Assembly: GCA_033442325.1 (NCBI GenBank)
Contig: JAWQFM010000015.1
Location: 34,561-98,560 of the forward strand
DNA from: Salpingoeca rosetta
Lineage: Eukaryota; Protista; Choanoflagellata
DNA: 64,000 bases
Reading direction: 5' to 3'
The number at the start of each line of letters is the position of its first letter. The stretch's first letter is position 1. The notes below the pieces were generated by a model. It did not search any database and was not told the DNA's origin. It saw only the letters and a list, made by a program, of their open reading frames with translations. Shown piece after piece: positions 18,827-35,046 of the stretch. The translations under genes and the position numbers were made by a program.

Positions 18827-21800
18827 TCACTCACACATACACACGCCGACGCATGCCAACAGCGGAGAAGCTGCATGTGGTGTCGTCTGTGACGGCAGCA
18901 GGCCCTGCGTTTGGTCTGCTCCAGGAGGGCGACATTGTCGAGGCCATCAACGGCATCACCACCGCCAACCTCTCCCACCGCGCAGTGCCACGCATGATTG
19001 GCAGCAAGAAGGTGCTCAACCTTCGCCTGCGGCGGCCCCTTGACTCTGGCCAAACGTCGTCCCCCGCGTCCTCTGCCTCCTCCTCGGCCGCCACCGTATC
19101 GGATACGTCGCGCCCGCGCTCCTCGCGCCTCAACTTCATTGCGCAGTCCGGGCCCATCGGCACGCCAGCGCGCAGCATCGTGGACGAGCTGAAGCTGCGC
19201 TACACGCCGCAGCAGTACAACTCGCCCGCCTCCGACGCAGCGGGCCCGCCGGAGTTTGCAGAGACGCCGCTGCCAGGCACTGCGCCGCAGCCAACGGGTG
19301 ATGACAACACGGCAGCTGGCGCCAGTGGCGACGAGATTGTCCCCGTACAGCGGCGGCTTGATGGCAACGCAGCAGCACCAGCACCAGCCATGCAGACACC
19401 GCGCAGTGCCGTGCGCTCAGACCGCCTCCCGCCACTCAACTTCTCGGTGAGTACGCGGATACACTTGTGCCTCTGTACTCGTCCTTGCGTGCCTGTGTGC
19501 TTGTTTGTAGTATGTGTGTTGGTTGTGTGATATGTGTGTGTGTGTGTGAGTGTGTGTGTGTGAGTGTGTGAGTGTGTGTGTAACAGGTGTGGTGAAGAGT
19601 GCACGTGCTCCTGCCAACGTGCACACGTGTGCAACATCGTTGCGCATAGTTTTGTTTTGTATTTTAAGCATTGCTTTGCAACGCATCCCCGTGGCAATGT
19701 CGCTTATCGCTGCCACACACACACATTCTCACACACATATTCTCACTCACACACTCACACACACACACACACTCACTCACTCACTCACTCACTCACTCAC
19801 TCACTCACTCACTCACTCACTAACACACACACATTCTCACTCACTCACTCACTCACTCACTCACTCACTCACTCACTCACTCACTCACTCACTCACTCAC
19901 TCACTCACTAACACACACACACACATTCTCACTCACTTCCCCCCTACCTTCTCCCCTTCCGTTCCTGGCCCACCACAGCAAGAGGAGAGCAGCCTGCTGA
20001 ACACGTCTGCGGACGCCAGCCATGCCCAGCGCAGCCGCATGGACCTGAGCCCCATCACCCCGGCCAGCACCGTCAGCGCCATGCGCTCCCAGCCAACAGC
20101 AGCCCGCCGCCGCTCCAGCCAGCTCGCAACATCAACCCCGCAGACTGCTGCCGCACCTGCCACCACCACCACCGTCAGCGATGCACCCGTGACGTCTGCC
20201 GCGTCTGCGCCAACCTCAACCATGCCCACCTCAGGCCCCATCGAGAGCGTGTTCATCCAGCGAGTGGCCGGCCAGCGTCTGGGCCTGCGCGTCGTAGGCG
20301 GCCTCGACACCCAGCTCATGGCCGTTTTTGTTGATGGCATCACCGAAAATTCGGCGGCAGCGGCGTCCAACATCCAATATGGCGACCGGCTGCTGGCCGC
20401 AGACGGCGTGTCGCTGCTCAACCAGTCGCGGGACCGCGTGGTGGACATCCTGCGGGGAGCAGGGTCGACCCTCACGCTGGTGGTGCAGCACATTGGCGCC
20501 GACCAGTGGCACGACATCAAGGCTGAGGCCGCATACCGCGTGGAGATGCGCCACCCGCACGCCTTTGCCGTCCGCGAGCTTGTCCTGCCGCTGCTCAGCA
20601 GCGAGCCAACAGCAACGTGCACGCGCGGCGAAGTAAAGACCGTCACCCTCTCCACCGACGACGACTGGGTGCAGGTCTCTGGCGGGTGCGGCAGCGTCCT
20701 CGGCGGCTTCTTCGTCACGCGTGTTGGCGACGGTGCTGGGGCGCCCATCGCCGTCGGGCACCGCGTCATCGACGTCAACCAGCGGTCGTTCGTCCTGTCC
20801 AAGATGTGGGACCTGCAGCAGCTGGCGGAGAACCTCGCCACCCCCGTCCACCTCACCGTCCAAGTCGTCGATACCCAGCAGTGGGCCCGCATCTGCGATG
20901 CAGCCGAGTTTGACCTCGTTGCAGACACGCGCAACAGCGCATTTGTCGGCGGCGCTGCCAAGCTGCGGCCACAGCACGACCAGCAGCAGCGGCAGCAGAG
21001 GATGAGTGTTGCCTCCACAGCGAGCTCCACCCCGTCCGGCCACCCGCTCACGTCCATGTTGTTCCCAGCACCGCCGCCGCCATCGTCGTCGTCACGAACC
21101 AGCCCGCGCCGCGCGTCACGCGAGACAGCCGTGGTGAGCATGAACGGTGGTGTGCGCACTGTTCAACTCACACGTACGGAGGACGGCACGTTCGGCTTCA
21201 CCCTCATTGGGCCAAGCGACCCGGCCCAGCGCAACAGCCACGTGGAGGGCGTGTATGTGAAGGAGCTGACGTGCGCAGAGCCGATTGAGGCCGGCCTGTT
21301 CATTGGCGACCGCATCCTGGCCATCAACGAGCACGACGTGACGTCCGAGCTGGCAAACGCCGTCATTGACCGCATTGCGTCGCTCGACCGCATGACGCTC
21401 GCCGTGGAGAACAGCCCACGGGCGCTGGCGCTGCTTGAGGTTGAGCGGCGGAAGGCCGGCGAGCCGCGACTCGTCACCGTCACCAACATCAGGCGGTACG
21501 GGCTCGGCATCGACCTGCTCGCCTCGCTCGACGCAACGGCATCCGACCTCGACAACAGCAGCAGCGGCACGGTTGGCCCCGCGTACGTGGCTGCAGTTGA
21601 CCCGAGCGGCGCCATTGGGCGGGACGGGCGCATCAAGGCCGCAGACCAAATACTCATGATCGACGGCCAGCGCGTGCAATCGCCGCAGCACGCGGACAGG
21701 CTGCTGTCCACCAACCGGGACACCATGTCCCTCGTGGTGCGCATCTCGGATGCCGGGTACGACGCTGTTCGCCAGGCCCTGCTGCACACCACCCTCGATA

Positions 21801-24800
21801 CGGAGCTCGCTGGGCCAATTCGCACCTTCCAGCTGCCGGACACAGACAAGCTTGGTCTCATACTTGCTGGTGGCAGCGACACGGCGTTCTGTGGCGTGTT
21901 TGTGCAAGGGGTGAAGCCCAACTCCCCCGCTGCAGAGCTTGGCATTGTGGCCGGTGACCTGGTGCTGTCGCTTGACGATGCGGGCATGCTGCGGCGCTCG
22001 CGTGCAGACATGGTCGAGACCTTTCACCGCAACGCCCGCGGCGCACAGCTGCGTGTGATGCGGCTTGGCGCTGGGCTGTGGAACAAGTACCAGGCGGTGT
22101 GCTCCCGCACGGGGATGGCACGCCCCAATCTGCCGCCAACCACCCTGCCGCTGACCAAGGGCACCCGCACGTCTCTCAGCAGCACGGGGCCCATTCTCGC
22201 CGTGGACGTGTACCGGGAGCCGAACCAGCCGTTTGGGCTGAAGCTGATTGGCGGCGTGCAGCAAGGCATGGACACATTCTTCGTGACGGGGGTGGAGCAG
22301 GAAGGGCCATGCTTTGGCTTCATCCAGCCAGGCGATCGCATCCTTGAGGTAAGCAGGCAGCCAGCTGACACCAGATGCTGCTGTTCTTTGCCTATGTTTG
22401 TTTGTTGTGTTTTGTGGATAGTCGGGGAGGATGTCGAGGAGGAGGAGGAGGAGTTGTTGCGCAGTACATGACTGCCCACAATCACGCACACACACATACA
22501 CACACACACATACACGCGCGCACACACACACGTACACAACACAAACACACACACGTACATGACCCAACACAAATGCACATACACACACAAACACGAACAC
22601 ACACTCGTACACGATCCATCACAAACGCACATACACACAAACACACTGACGTGTCCATGCAAACCCTCTGCCTTATCCTACCTTGCGCAGGTGAACAACC
22701 ACGCGCTCGTGGGCGCGTCCATGCAGGATCTTCTGCGGCTGATTGGCGCGACCGCAACCGCGCTGGAGGTGGTCGTGCAGCGCACAGGTCGCGAACAGTG
22801 GGAGGACATCAAGACCACCATGGACAACATCGACATCCAGCTGCAGGAACAGCAACAGCAGCAGCAGCAAGAACAACAGCAACAGCAAGCAAGTGCCACA
22901 TCGCCGCCAGCAGCAAAGGTGCTGAAGCGAACGCTGTCGCGGGAAAAAGGGCGGCTTGGTCTCGGCATTGCTACGGTGCCGGGCGCAGGCACAAGGATTG
23001 GCGCCGTGGACTCCGACACAGCGCGCCGGCTTGGGCTGAAGGAAGGGCAGGAGATTGTGGCGATCAACGGCAGAGACATCAGCGGCCTGGCGCATGAGGA
23101 TGTGCTGCGGCTGCTGCACGAAGCCAACGAGTCTGTGCAGATTGAGGTGCGGGAGGCGGAACCACAGCACGTGCAGGTGCAGCGCTTTGACGGCCGGTTT
23201 GGATTCACAGTCATGACCACCAAGCAGAATGAGGACGGCAGCGGGTGCAACGGCCTGTACGTGCACACGGTCACCAACCCGACCACAGCACTCAAGCCAG
23301 GCATGCGCATCATTGGCATGTGCGGCGAAGACATGCATGACGCAGACTCTGCACGATTCCAGCGCCTCCTCATGGCTGTGACCGGCGATGAGATTGTGCT
23401 TGACGTGCTGCCGCCGCTGCCGTCTGCACCATCATCGCGCCCGCAGTCCGCGGCACACGACGCCTCCAGGGCCCGGCTGCAGTCGCACGCCGGCGCCAAC
23501 TGGAAGGACATGGAGGTGCTCACGTTCACCCTCGAGCGCAGCAGCGGGCGCCTTGGGCTCGCGGTTGCAGCACACTTGACAGAGGGCCGCTTTGGCGTGT
23601 TCGTTGCTAGCGTCAGCAACGCAAACGCGCGGGAGCGGGGCGTGCGGCGTGGCATGCGGCTGCTGGCGGTGAACGGCACAGATGTGCAGCGCGCAACCCG
23701 CGACCAAGCTGTCACCGCCCTCAAGAAGGCTACGGAACCCATCATCATCAAGTGCGCAATGCTGCCGCACACCCGCAACGTGGTGGTGCACACGAAGGAC
23801 ATCACCGCACGATCGTCGCCCTTCCGGCTGCAGAGCACGCCGGGCGTCATGACCCCTGTGTTCCTTGTGCTGAAGGAGGACCAGACCAACGCCACGGCAC
23901 AGCTGGACGGCGTGCACGGCGGCGCCATCACCGCTGGCGACCGCATCCTCTTCATTGGCGACGAGTCGGCCATCCTCGCATCACAGGGTACGCGAACGTG
24001 TGTGTGTATGTGTTTGTGTGTGTGCGCGCGTGTGTGTGTGCGTGTGTTGTGCTTGTGGTTGCGTGTCGTTGGTTCACCAATTGCTCGTTCTGTTTCACCG
24101 CTCGCCAACAGCGTCGCTTGTTAGTCCTCCAAACCACTGTTGCACCAGCGTCTCAAACACCAAACTGTACTTGTTATGCACTTTCTGCCTCCTCACGTCC
24201 TGCTCATTCACAACCCCGCCCCCTCCAACGCATTATATCCACACGACAGAGCAAGTGAACGGCATGCTGGCCGAGGCTGGCAAGGCGGTGACGCTGATGG
24301 TGGCTCGCGATAAGGACATGTGGCGGCTGTTCGAGCCAAGTGCAGCCGCTGCTCCTGCTCGCACGCTCTCCACACCTTCGCAATCACCATCACCATCGCC
24401 ACGCCGCGGCACCTCCCTCCGAAAGCGCATCTTCAGCCTCTCGCGCAAGAAGACCAACCGGTCGGGGACGGTGACTGTGCGGGCAAAGCGCATTCGCCTG
24501 AGGCGTATCGATGGCAAGTTTGGCGTGACGGTTGCGGGTGATACCAGCCGCCGCGGTCGCGGGGTGTTCGTTGCCGGCGTGAAGAATCTCGATGCAGAGA
24601 AGCAAGGACTGGCACGCGGCATGCGCATCATGGAAGCTGACGGCGTCGACACGACCCAGTCCACACAGACACAGGTGCTTGACATCTTCAGCAACGCCGA
24701 GGACACGATTGTGCTGCAGGTCATCAGGGACGTGCACGGGTTTGCTGAGTTTGAGGCCGGGCTGTCACGACACGCGTCTACGCGCCCAACACCAGCGACC

Positions 24801-27800
24801 ACTCCTGTCCGCTCTCCTGCGCCCGGGTCATCCCGTCTCCCCTCGCAGACAGATTCTGTGTTTGAGAGCGAGGGTGCCGCTGCCAGCACCAGCACTGCCA
24901 CCAGCACACACAAGCGCATTATTGTTCGCCGGCAAGAAGGGCGACTTGGGCTTGGGATTGTTGGCGAGTCAACGGCACGTGGGTTTGGCGTGTACATCAG
25001 CAACGTCGCCAACACAGACGCAGCGGCGCAGGGCCTGGTGGCAGGGATGCGCATCATGACGGTTGATGGAGAGGATGTGCGGGAACTGTCGCAGGGAGAC
25101 GTGCTACAGAAACTGGGGAGCAAGCGTGGGGACGAGGTTGTGCTTGGGGTGATTGGTGATGATGGCGGGTACTCGCGGTTTGTTGAGGTTGCATCGACCC
25201 AGACATCGGGAACACCGTCTGTGTCCGAGTCACAAGGAAGAGCGGCAGCGGGGCTGGCGTCTGTGACGGAGGAGGCAGAGGAGAGTGATGACGACGACGA
25301 CGATGACGATGATGGTGATGTGGCCCGTGCCGAGCAGAAGGCGGTGCAAGAGAAGGCGCAAATGCAGCATGAGGAATCTCGCACCGTTGAGAACCAGCAG
25401 CAACCTGAGCAACAGGCAGCAGCAGCAGCTAATGTGGAAGAAGAGAACGCCAACGAGGCCGAGGAACAGCGCCACGCTCAAGAGCACGAGCGACAACAAC
25501 CATCGCAACAACATCCACAGCAAGAGGACCAGCAAGAGGAAATGGAACGTGAGCAGGATGAGGTGGAGGTGGAGGTGGAACCGTTGCCAGTTGCTGAAGC
25601 CGCTGTCCGCCAAGCCGTGCCCATCGCAGCAATTGCAGAGGAAGATGAGCACGAGCACGAAGATCACCATGACGAGGTGCAAGCCAGCGATGAAGCAGAC
25701 GAGGATGGGTCATCCGACAGTGACTCGGGTGACGACGAAGATGCACAGCGCATTGTTGTTCGCCGGCAAGACGGGCGGCTCGGGCTTGGTTTGGTTGGCG
25801 AGTCGATGGCACGCGGATATGGCGTGTACATCAGCAACGTCGCTAACACAGATGCAGCAGCACAGGGGCTGGAGGTTGGAATGCGCGTGCTGAGCGTGGA
25901 TGGCCACGACACGCGGGACGCGACACAGAGCGAGGTGCTGTCGCTCGTGACGAGCAACGATCACGATGAAGTCATCTTCACCGTCATCCCAGACGACGGC
26001 GGGTTTGCCAAGTTTGCGCACGCATCGTCACTGCCCGGATCAGCTGCTGCAACGCCGCGCCGGCAGTCGAAAGAGGAGACAGCAGCTGCTGACGTGTCTC
26101 ATGAGCACCCCGACCTGGTGAAGCAGCCCGCGATGGACATGAGCCTGTACTCGCGGCGACAGAGTAGCGTAAACGTGCAGCCCATCACCGTTCGCCGGCA
26201 AGAGGGGCGACTTGGGCTGGGGATTGTTGGCGAGTCAACAGCGCGTGGGTTTGGCGTGTACATCAGCAACGTCGCCAACACAGACGCAGCGGCGCAGGGC
26301 CTGGTGGCAGGGATGCGCATCATGACGGTCGACGGAGAGGATGTGCGGGAACTGTCACAGGGGGACGTGCTGCAGAAGCTGGGAAGCAAGCGTGGGGACG
26401 AGGTTGTGCTTGGGGTGATTGGTGATGATGGCGGGTACTCGCGGTTTGTTGAGGTTGCATCGGCCCAGACATCGGGAACACCGTCTGTGTCCGAGTCACA
26501 AGGAAGAGCGGCAGCGGGGCTGGCGTCTGTGACGGAGGAGGCAGAGGAGAGTGATGACGACGACGACGATGACGATGATGGTGATGTGGCCCGTGCTGAG
26601 CGAGAGCAGCACCAGGAGGAACAGGAACAGGAACAGGAGGAAGACTGGGGAGAGGAGAATGAGGGGGAACCGGACAGGGGACAGCAAGATCGTCACGAAG
26701 ACCAAGACCGCGACCAGCACCAAAAGCAAGAGAAGCATCAGGGGCAAGAGGAAGTAGAACAGGAACACCGGCAGGAGGAGGAGGTTGCAGTAGTTGCTGA
26801 AGCCGCTGTCCGACAATCCGAGCCCATCGCAGCAATCGCAGAGGAAGCGGAAGAGCAGCAAGAGCAGCAAGGGCAGCAACGCCACGATGAAAGTTCTGAC
26901 GATGCAACAGAAAGACGAGAGGTCGGTGAGCATGACACTGGCAACGGTTCGAGTGCTGATGTTGCTGATGCTGCTGCTGATGATGATGAGGATATTGATG
27001 ATGATGAAGGCTTTCAACGTGTCGTTGTTCGCCGGCAAGATGGGCGACTTGGGCTTGGGATTGTTGGCGAGTCAACGGCACGCGGATATGGCGTGTACAT
27101 CAGCAACGTCGCCAACACAGACGCAGCGGCGCAGGGCCTGGTGGCAGGGATGCGCATCATGACGGTCGATGGAGAGGATGTGCGGGAACTGTCACAGGGA
27201 GACGTGCTGCAGAAACTGGGAAGCAAGCGTGGGGACGAGGTTGTGCTTGGGGTGATTGGTGATGATGGCGGGTACTCGCGGTTTGTTGAGGTGGCATCCG
27301 CCCAGACATCGGGAACACCGTCCGTCTCTGATCGCGGGCGTGTGGGTGCACACGACAGCGATTTCCATCACGAACATCAGCCGCTTCCCGAGGAACGCGA
27401 GAGTGCAGCGTCGAGCAGTGACGATGACTACGAAGACGGATCACTGGCTGACAGCGGTGTACAGCGCATTGTCGTTCGCCGGCAAAATGGGCGGCTCGGG
27501 CTTGGTTTGGTTGGCGAGTCGATGGCACGCGGATATGGCGTGTACATCAGCAACGTCGCTAACACAGATGCAGCAGCACAGGGGCTGGAGGTTGGAATGC
27601 GCGTGCTGAGCGTGGATGGCCACGACACGCGGGACGCGACACAGAGCGAGGTGCTGTCGCTCGTGACGAGCAACGATCACGATGAAGTCATCTTCACCGT
27701 CATCCCAGACGACGGCGGGTTTTCTCGCTTCGGCACCCCGACGTCTCCCGTTCGCGCACCCCAGCAGCAGCAGGAGCACCAACAACAGCAGAGCGATGCT

Positions 27801-29646
27801 GCCGCGGCCAGGGATGGCGATACAAACGATGAAGAGGAGACAGTGCCCGATGCCCCGCCAGCGCTGGTGGAGTGCGACGTGACGAGGACGGACGGCCGGC
27901 TCGGTATTGGTCTGCTGGGTCATCCAACCCAGCAGGGTCTCGGCGTGTACCTGTGCTCTGTCACCAACCCCGTGGCCATTGCTGCGGGCATGAAGAAGGG
28001 GCTGCGGCTGGTGCAAGTCAACGACAAGGACCTGACGTCGGCAACGCAGCGCGAGGCATTCAGCATCCTCACCACAGCCACGGAGCCTGTGCACCTCGCC
28101 GCACGCGTGGACACGGACGGATATGCGCGCATTCAGGGTTTGGCAGACAACGCTGACGCCGGCACCAAGACACACGGGACCCCGCAACCCGTACCACCGT
28201 CGCTGCCGATTCGAGTCCTGAACGTGGATGTTGAGAAGGACCGCGGGCGGCTTGGTTGCGCCATTGTCGTGCATGGGCAGTCTGTGAAGAACACGTACAT
28301 CAACAGCGCCCACCCGCGCCACGCGGGCCGCGTACAGCCGGGCGATTGTGTGGTTGCCGTCAACGGCGAGGTGATTGTTGGCAAGAGCCAGAACGTGGTT
28401 GTTGGCCTGATCCAGGCTGCTGGCGATGTTCTTCGCTTCACCATTGCCCGCTGCCCCAACGTGTCCCTCCCCGTGCGTGACGGCAGCTTCCAGTTTGACG
28501 TCACCGCCGCGCCCACCGCGGCCCGTGTCTCCATGCCATCTGCAGATGTGGCTGCGGTTGCCTTTGAGGACATTGGGTCTGGCGCACCGACCGTCGCCAA
28601 GGACCACACCCCGCTGCGTCGTGGCGATGTTGTTGCCGCAATTGACTCGAACATGCTCGTCGACAGCACCAGCAGCGACGTGACAGCGTTGGCGGCGCAG
28701 TCTGGTCGCGCTCGCACCACATTTACCGTCTGCCGTGTTGGCGCAGAGGTGTGTGGTTGTGTGCGTGTGAGAGAGAGTGAGTGTGTGTGTGTGTGTGCGT
28801 ATGTGTGCATGTGTGAGAGAGAGTGTGTGTGTGTGTGTGTCCGTGTGTGTGTGTGTTTTTCTTTTTTTTCTGCGTCGTGTGTGTAATGTACGCTCGTTGC
28901 CTGCTCTTATGCTGCTACATCTCTGCAATTTGTTTTTCCTCATTGCTTTGCGCTGTTGTGTCTGTGGCAGGTCCCCGCCTCACCTTCCCCGAGCGCTGCG
29001 GGTCGGTCCAACACCGACGCCGCAAGTCAGCAGCAGTCGTCTCCAGCCGAGGGCGCGCAGGACAACGCCAACGATGATGATGATGGCAACAACGCCAGCA
29101 CTAATGCCAACATCAACGACACCGACACCGACAGCGCAGAGCCCGATACAGCGGTGATTGTGCTGCACAAGGGCTCGCAGGGCTTTGGGTTTGTTCTCAA
29201 GGCGAAGGACAAGCCTGGCCCGCTGACGGTGGGGCGTGTGCGTGAGGGCGGTGCGGCGTCCAACGAACCGCGGCTGAAGAAGGGCGTTCGCGTCCTCAGT
29301 ATCAACGGCACCGACACATCCGTCGTCACAAAGCGTGAGTGCAACAGGCGTGTAGAACACGTACTTGTGTGTGTGTGTGTGTGTGCGTGCGTGTGTGTGT
29401 GTGTGTGTGTGTCTGTGTGTGCGCGTGTGCCTGCGCTGATATGGGTTGCTTGCTCTTGGTCCTTTCAAACGCTCTTCTCAATGTTTATCACGTTCATGTG
29501 TCGTTGTTACTCCACCACTCACACTGGCCTTGCCCATCATCTTCAACTGCGCGCTTTCGATGACGACAGAGGATGCTGGGCGCCTCATCTCGCGCGCCGG
29601 CGACACGATGGAGCTCAAGATTGTGCTCGATTCATCAACTGCGTGA
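18465..29646 (+). CDS. Giant multi-PDZ scaffold protein (~3,103 aa, ~21 PDZ domains)
   Basis: Phase-consistent exons 18465-18585, 18863-19446, 19979-22348, 22691-23987, 24250-28748, 28971-29334, 29570-29646 (9,312 nt). Repeated GLGF-type loops (FGFTL, LGLRV, LGIDL, LGLIL, FGLKL, LGLGI, FGFTV, LGLAV, FGVTV, LGIGL, FGFVL) each precede a GD/GMR-I-x-x-V-N/D-G segment. Confidence 0.93.
24924..27722 (+). repeat. Internal near-identical PDZ-coding duplications in order A-B-A-A-B
   Basis: A units at ~24924-25335, ~26190-26601 and ~27027-27322; B units at ~25745-26007 and ~27461-27722. They are near-identical at the DNA level with scattered substitutions. Confidence 0.97.
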
Positions 29647-30109
29647 TGTGAGGCATTCGTGTGTGGAATTGCTGCACTCATTTTGTGGACATGTGTGCAG
29701 TGCACATGAATGTGCTTTGTCCCCGTGAAGTTTTTCTATTTGTTGTTTGCACAAGGCTGTCAAGACTGTCCCTTCACAATGCCTGCTTTGTACACTTTCT
29801 CACACATTATTTCTCCTTCTTCCTGCTCCTCCACATTCTGCCCTTCATTCTGTGCCTCTGTGGCTGGCAGGTGTCAGCTGCTGTCCTCCAGAAGAGATGA
29901 CAGTTTTGCTTGCAACTGCTGTGTTTCCTGTCGATGTTTCTGTTTGTGTGGCATTGCGTGGTGCGTGGAGAAGAGGGGGTGGTAACATGATGAGCACTTG
30001 ATAGGCGATAGTTGCATGCTGTGCTTTCGTGCGTGGCAATCCAAGGTTTTGTGTGCTTTTGTGCAACAGGGTGCGTGTGCGACGAAGTGTCGCTGTGGTT
30101 TTGTCTCGC

Positions 30110-33543
<3,434 letters not shown>

Positions 33544-33584
33544 CGCAACCAACAACAACAACACACACAAACAAATCGTTGAGG

Positions 33585-34543
33585 ATGATGATGGGGAGCG
33601 ATTCGAGACCAGACGAGCAGCAGCAGCAGCAGCAGCATGGAGCGAAGGAAGTGGAGGTGGAGGGGGAAGCGGGTGTTGTAGTGAGGGGCAATGAGGTTGG
33701 AAAGGGTGGGGCTGGTGGTGTGCACAGTGAAGAACAAGGGCAGCTGCCGCCAGCATCGCCAAATGAAGGAAGGCGAGACCATCCTGAGGCAACGCCGCAA
33801 GCACAGGATGCAGAGACCAGCGGCATCAACGTGCTTGACGACGATGGTGCAGAGGAGGGCTCGGGCTCGTTATCGATGCCATCATCGCCCATGTCACTAC
33901 AGAGCAACACGGTGACGTCGCGCAGCGTGGTGGACAGTTGGCCAAGCGAGCAACACTCGCACCACACCACCAGCACAGCAGCAACACTGTCAGGAGGCGT
34001 GGAGCCACAACACCACCAACAACACCACCAACAGCACCTACGCCGTCCACGGCAAACCCAAGGCGACATGGGCAAGCGCGGCTCTATACGGCGTGGCTCA
34101 AAGAAGCACTCGCGCCACCATCTGGACCCAGACCTCCTGTTCCCGGACTTGCCGCGGGAGCGCCGGTCACCACTGCCGTCACTCAGCAAGACCGGTGGTG
34201 GCAAGCGGCGAAGCAGCAGCACAGGCGATGCAGAGCTCGGTAGCCTGTCACCACACCGTGTGCTGCCTGGTATTGGGTCAGCCCGAGGCCCAGAGCAACA
34301 ACAACAACAGCGCCGCGGCACCTCGGCAACAGACCAACGGCCAAAGACAGCGGACTCGACGCGGCAACTGCGCCGACATCGCACGGAGGAGGAGGAGGAG
34401 GAGGCTGCCATGGCACCCGTGTTTCCCAGATCAACGGACCACAGCCGAGCAGCACAGGACGAACACAACGAAGAAGACCACCAACCACAACCAGACCCAC
34501 AGGTGTGTGTGTGTGTGTGTGTTTGTGTGTGCGTGTGTGTGTT

Positions 34544-34597
<54 letters not shown>

Positions 34598-34951
34598 TGC
34601 GATGTGATGTCAATCGGCTCATCAGCTGTCACAACTTTCAACGCACTGGTTCCTGTGCATGTACAATAGCATCACGACCCACGGGAGATGGCCGTGTATC
34701 TGGAGCGCGCTGGCGTTCGCCGAACAGTGCAGGTGTGCCCATCATGGCTCCATGCACCTGTTGCCTGACTCCCGACGACCCACACGCCTGTGCTGCTTCC
34801 TGCTCCCATTTCATCTTCTCGGCACTCATCCCGTGTGCTTGCGTCTTGCTCGTCGCCGCTCTAGAAACTCGTGGAGGAGCTGGTGCTGGCGCAGCCGGAC
34901 GCTCCACTCGACTACATGATTGACCTGCTCGAGCGAGACTTGGCCGCATAG
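33585..34951 (+). CDS. Disordered protein with C-terminal Dpy-30/RIIa-type dimerisation-docking (D/D) domain (TEX55-like architecture)
   Basis: Exons 33585-34502, 34670-34732 and 34865-34951, all phase 0. The C-terminus EMAVYLERAGVRRTVQ|KLVEELVLAQPDAPLDYMIDLLERDLAA* fits the YL...L.E.L....P.DPL.YM..L D/D pattern. Confidence 0.8.
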
Positions 34952-34965
34952 ACACACTCACTCAC

Positions 34966-35046
<81 letters not shown>

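Noticed and set aside
24924-27722. Repeat-spacer pattern resembling a CRISPR array or mobile element
   Set aside because: Units are 260-410-bp in-frame PDZ-coding duplications. No short repeats with unique spacers, cas genes, terminal inverted repeats or transposase.
19933-28943. Long minus-strand ORFs (408-500 aa) over the PDZ gene
   Set aside because: Antisense shadows of GC-rich coding exons with no recognisable motifs.
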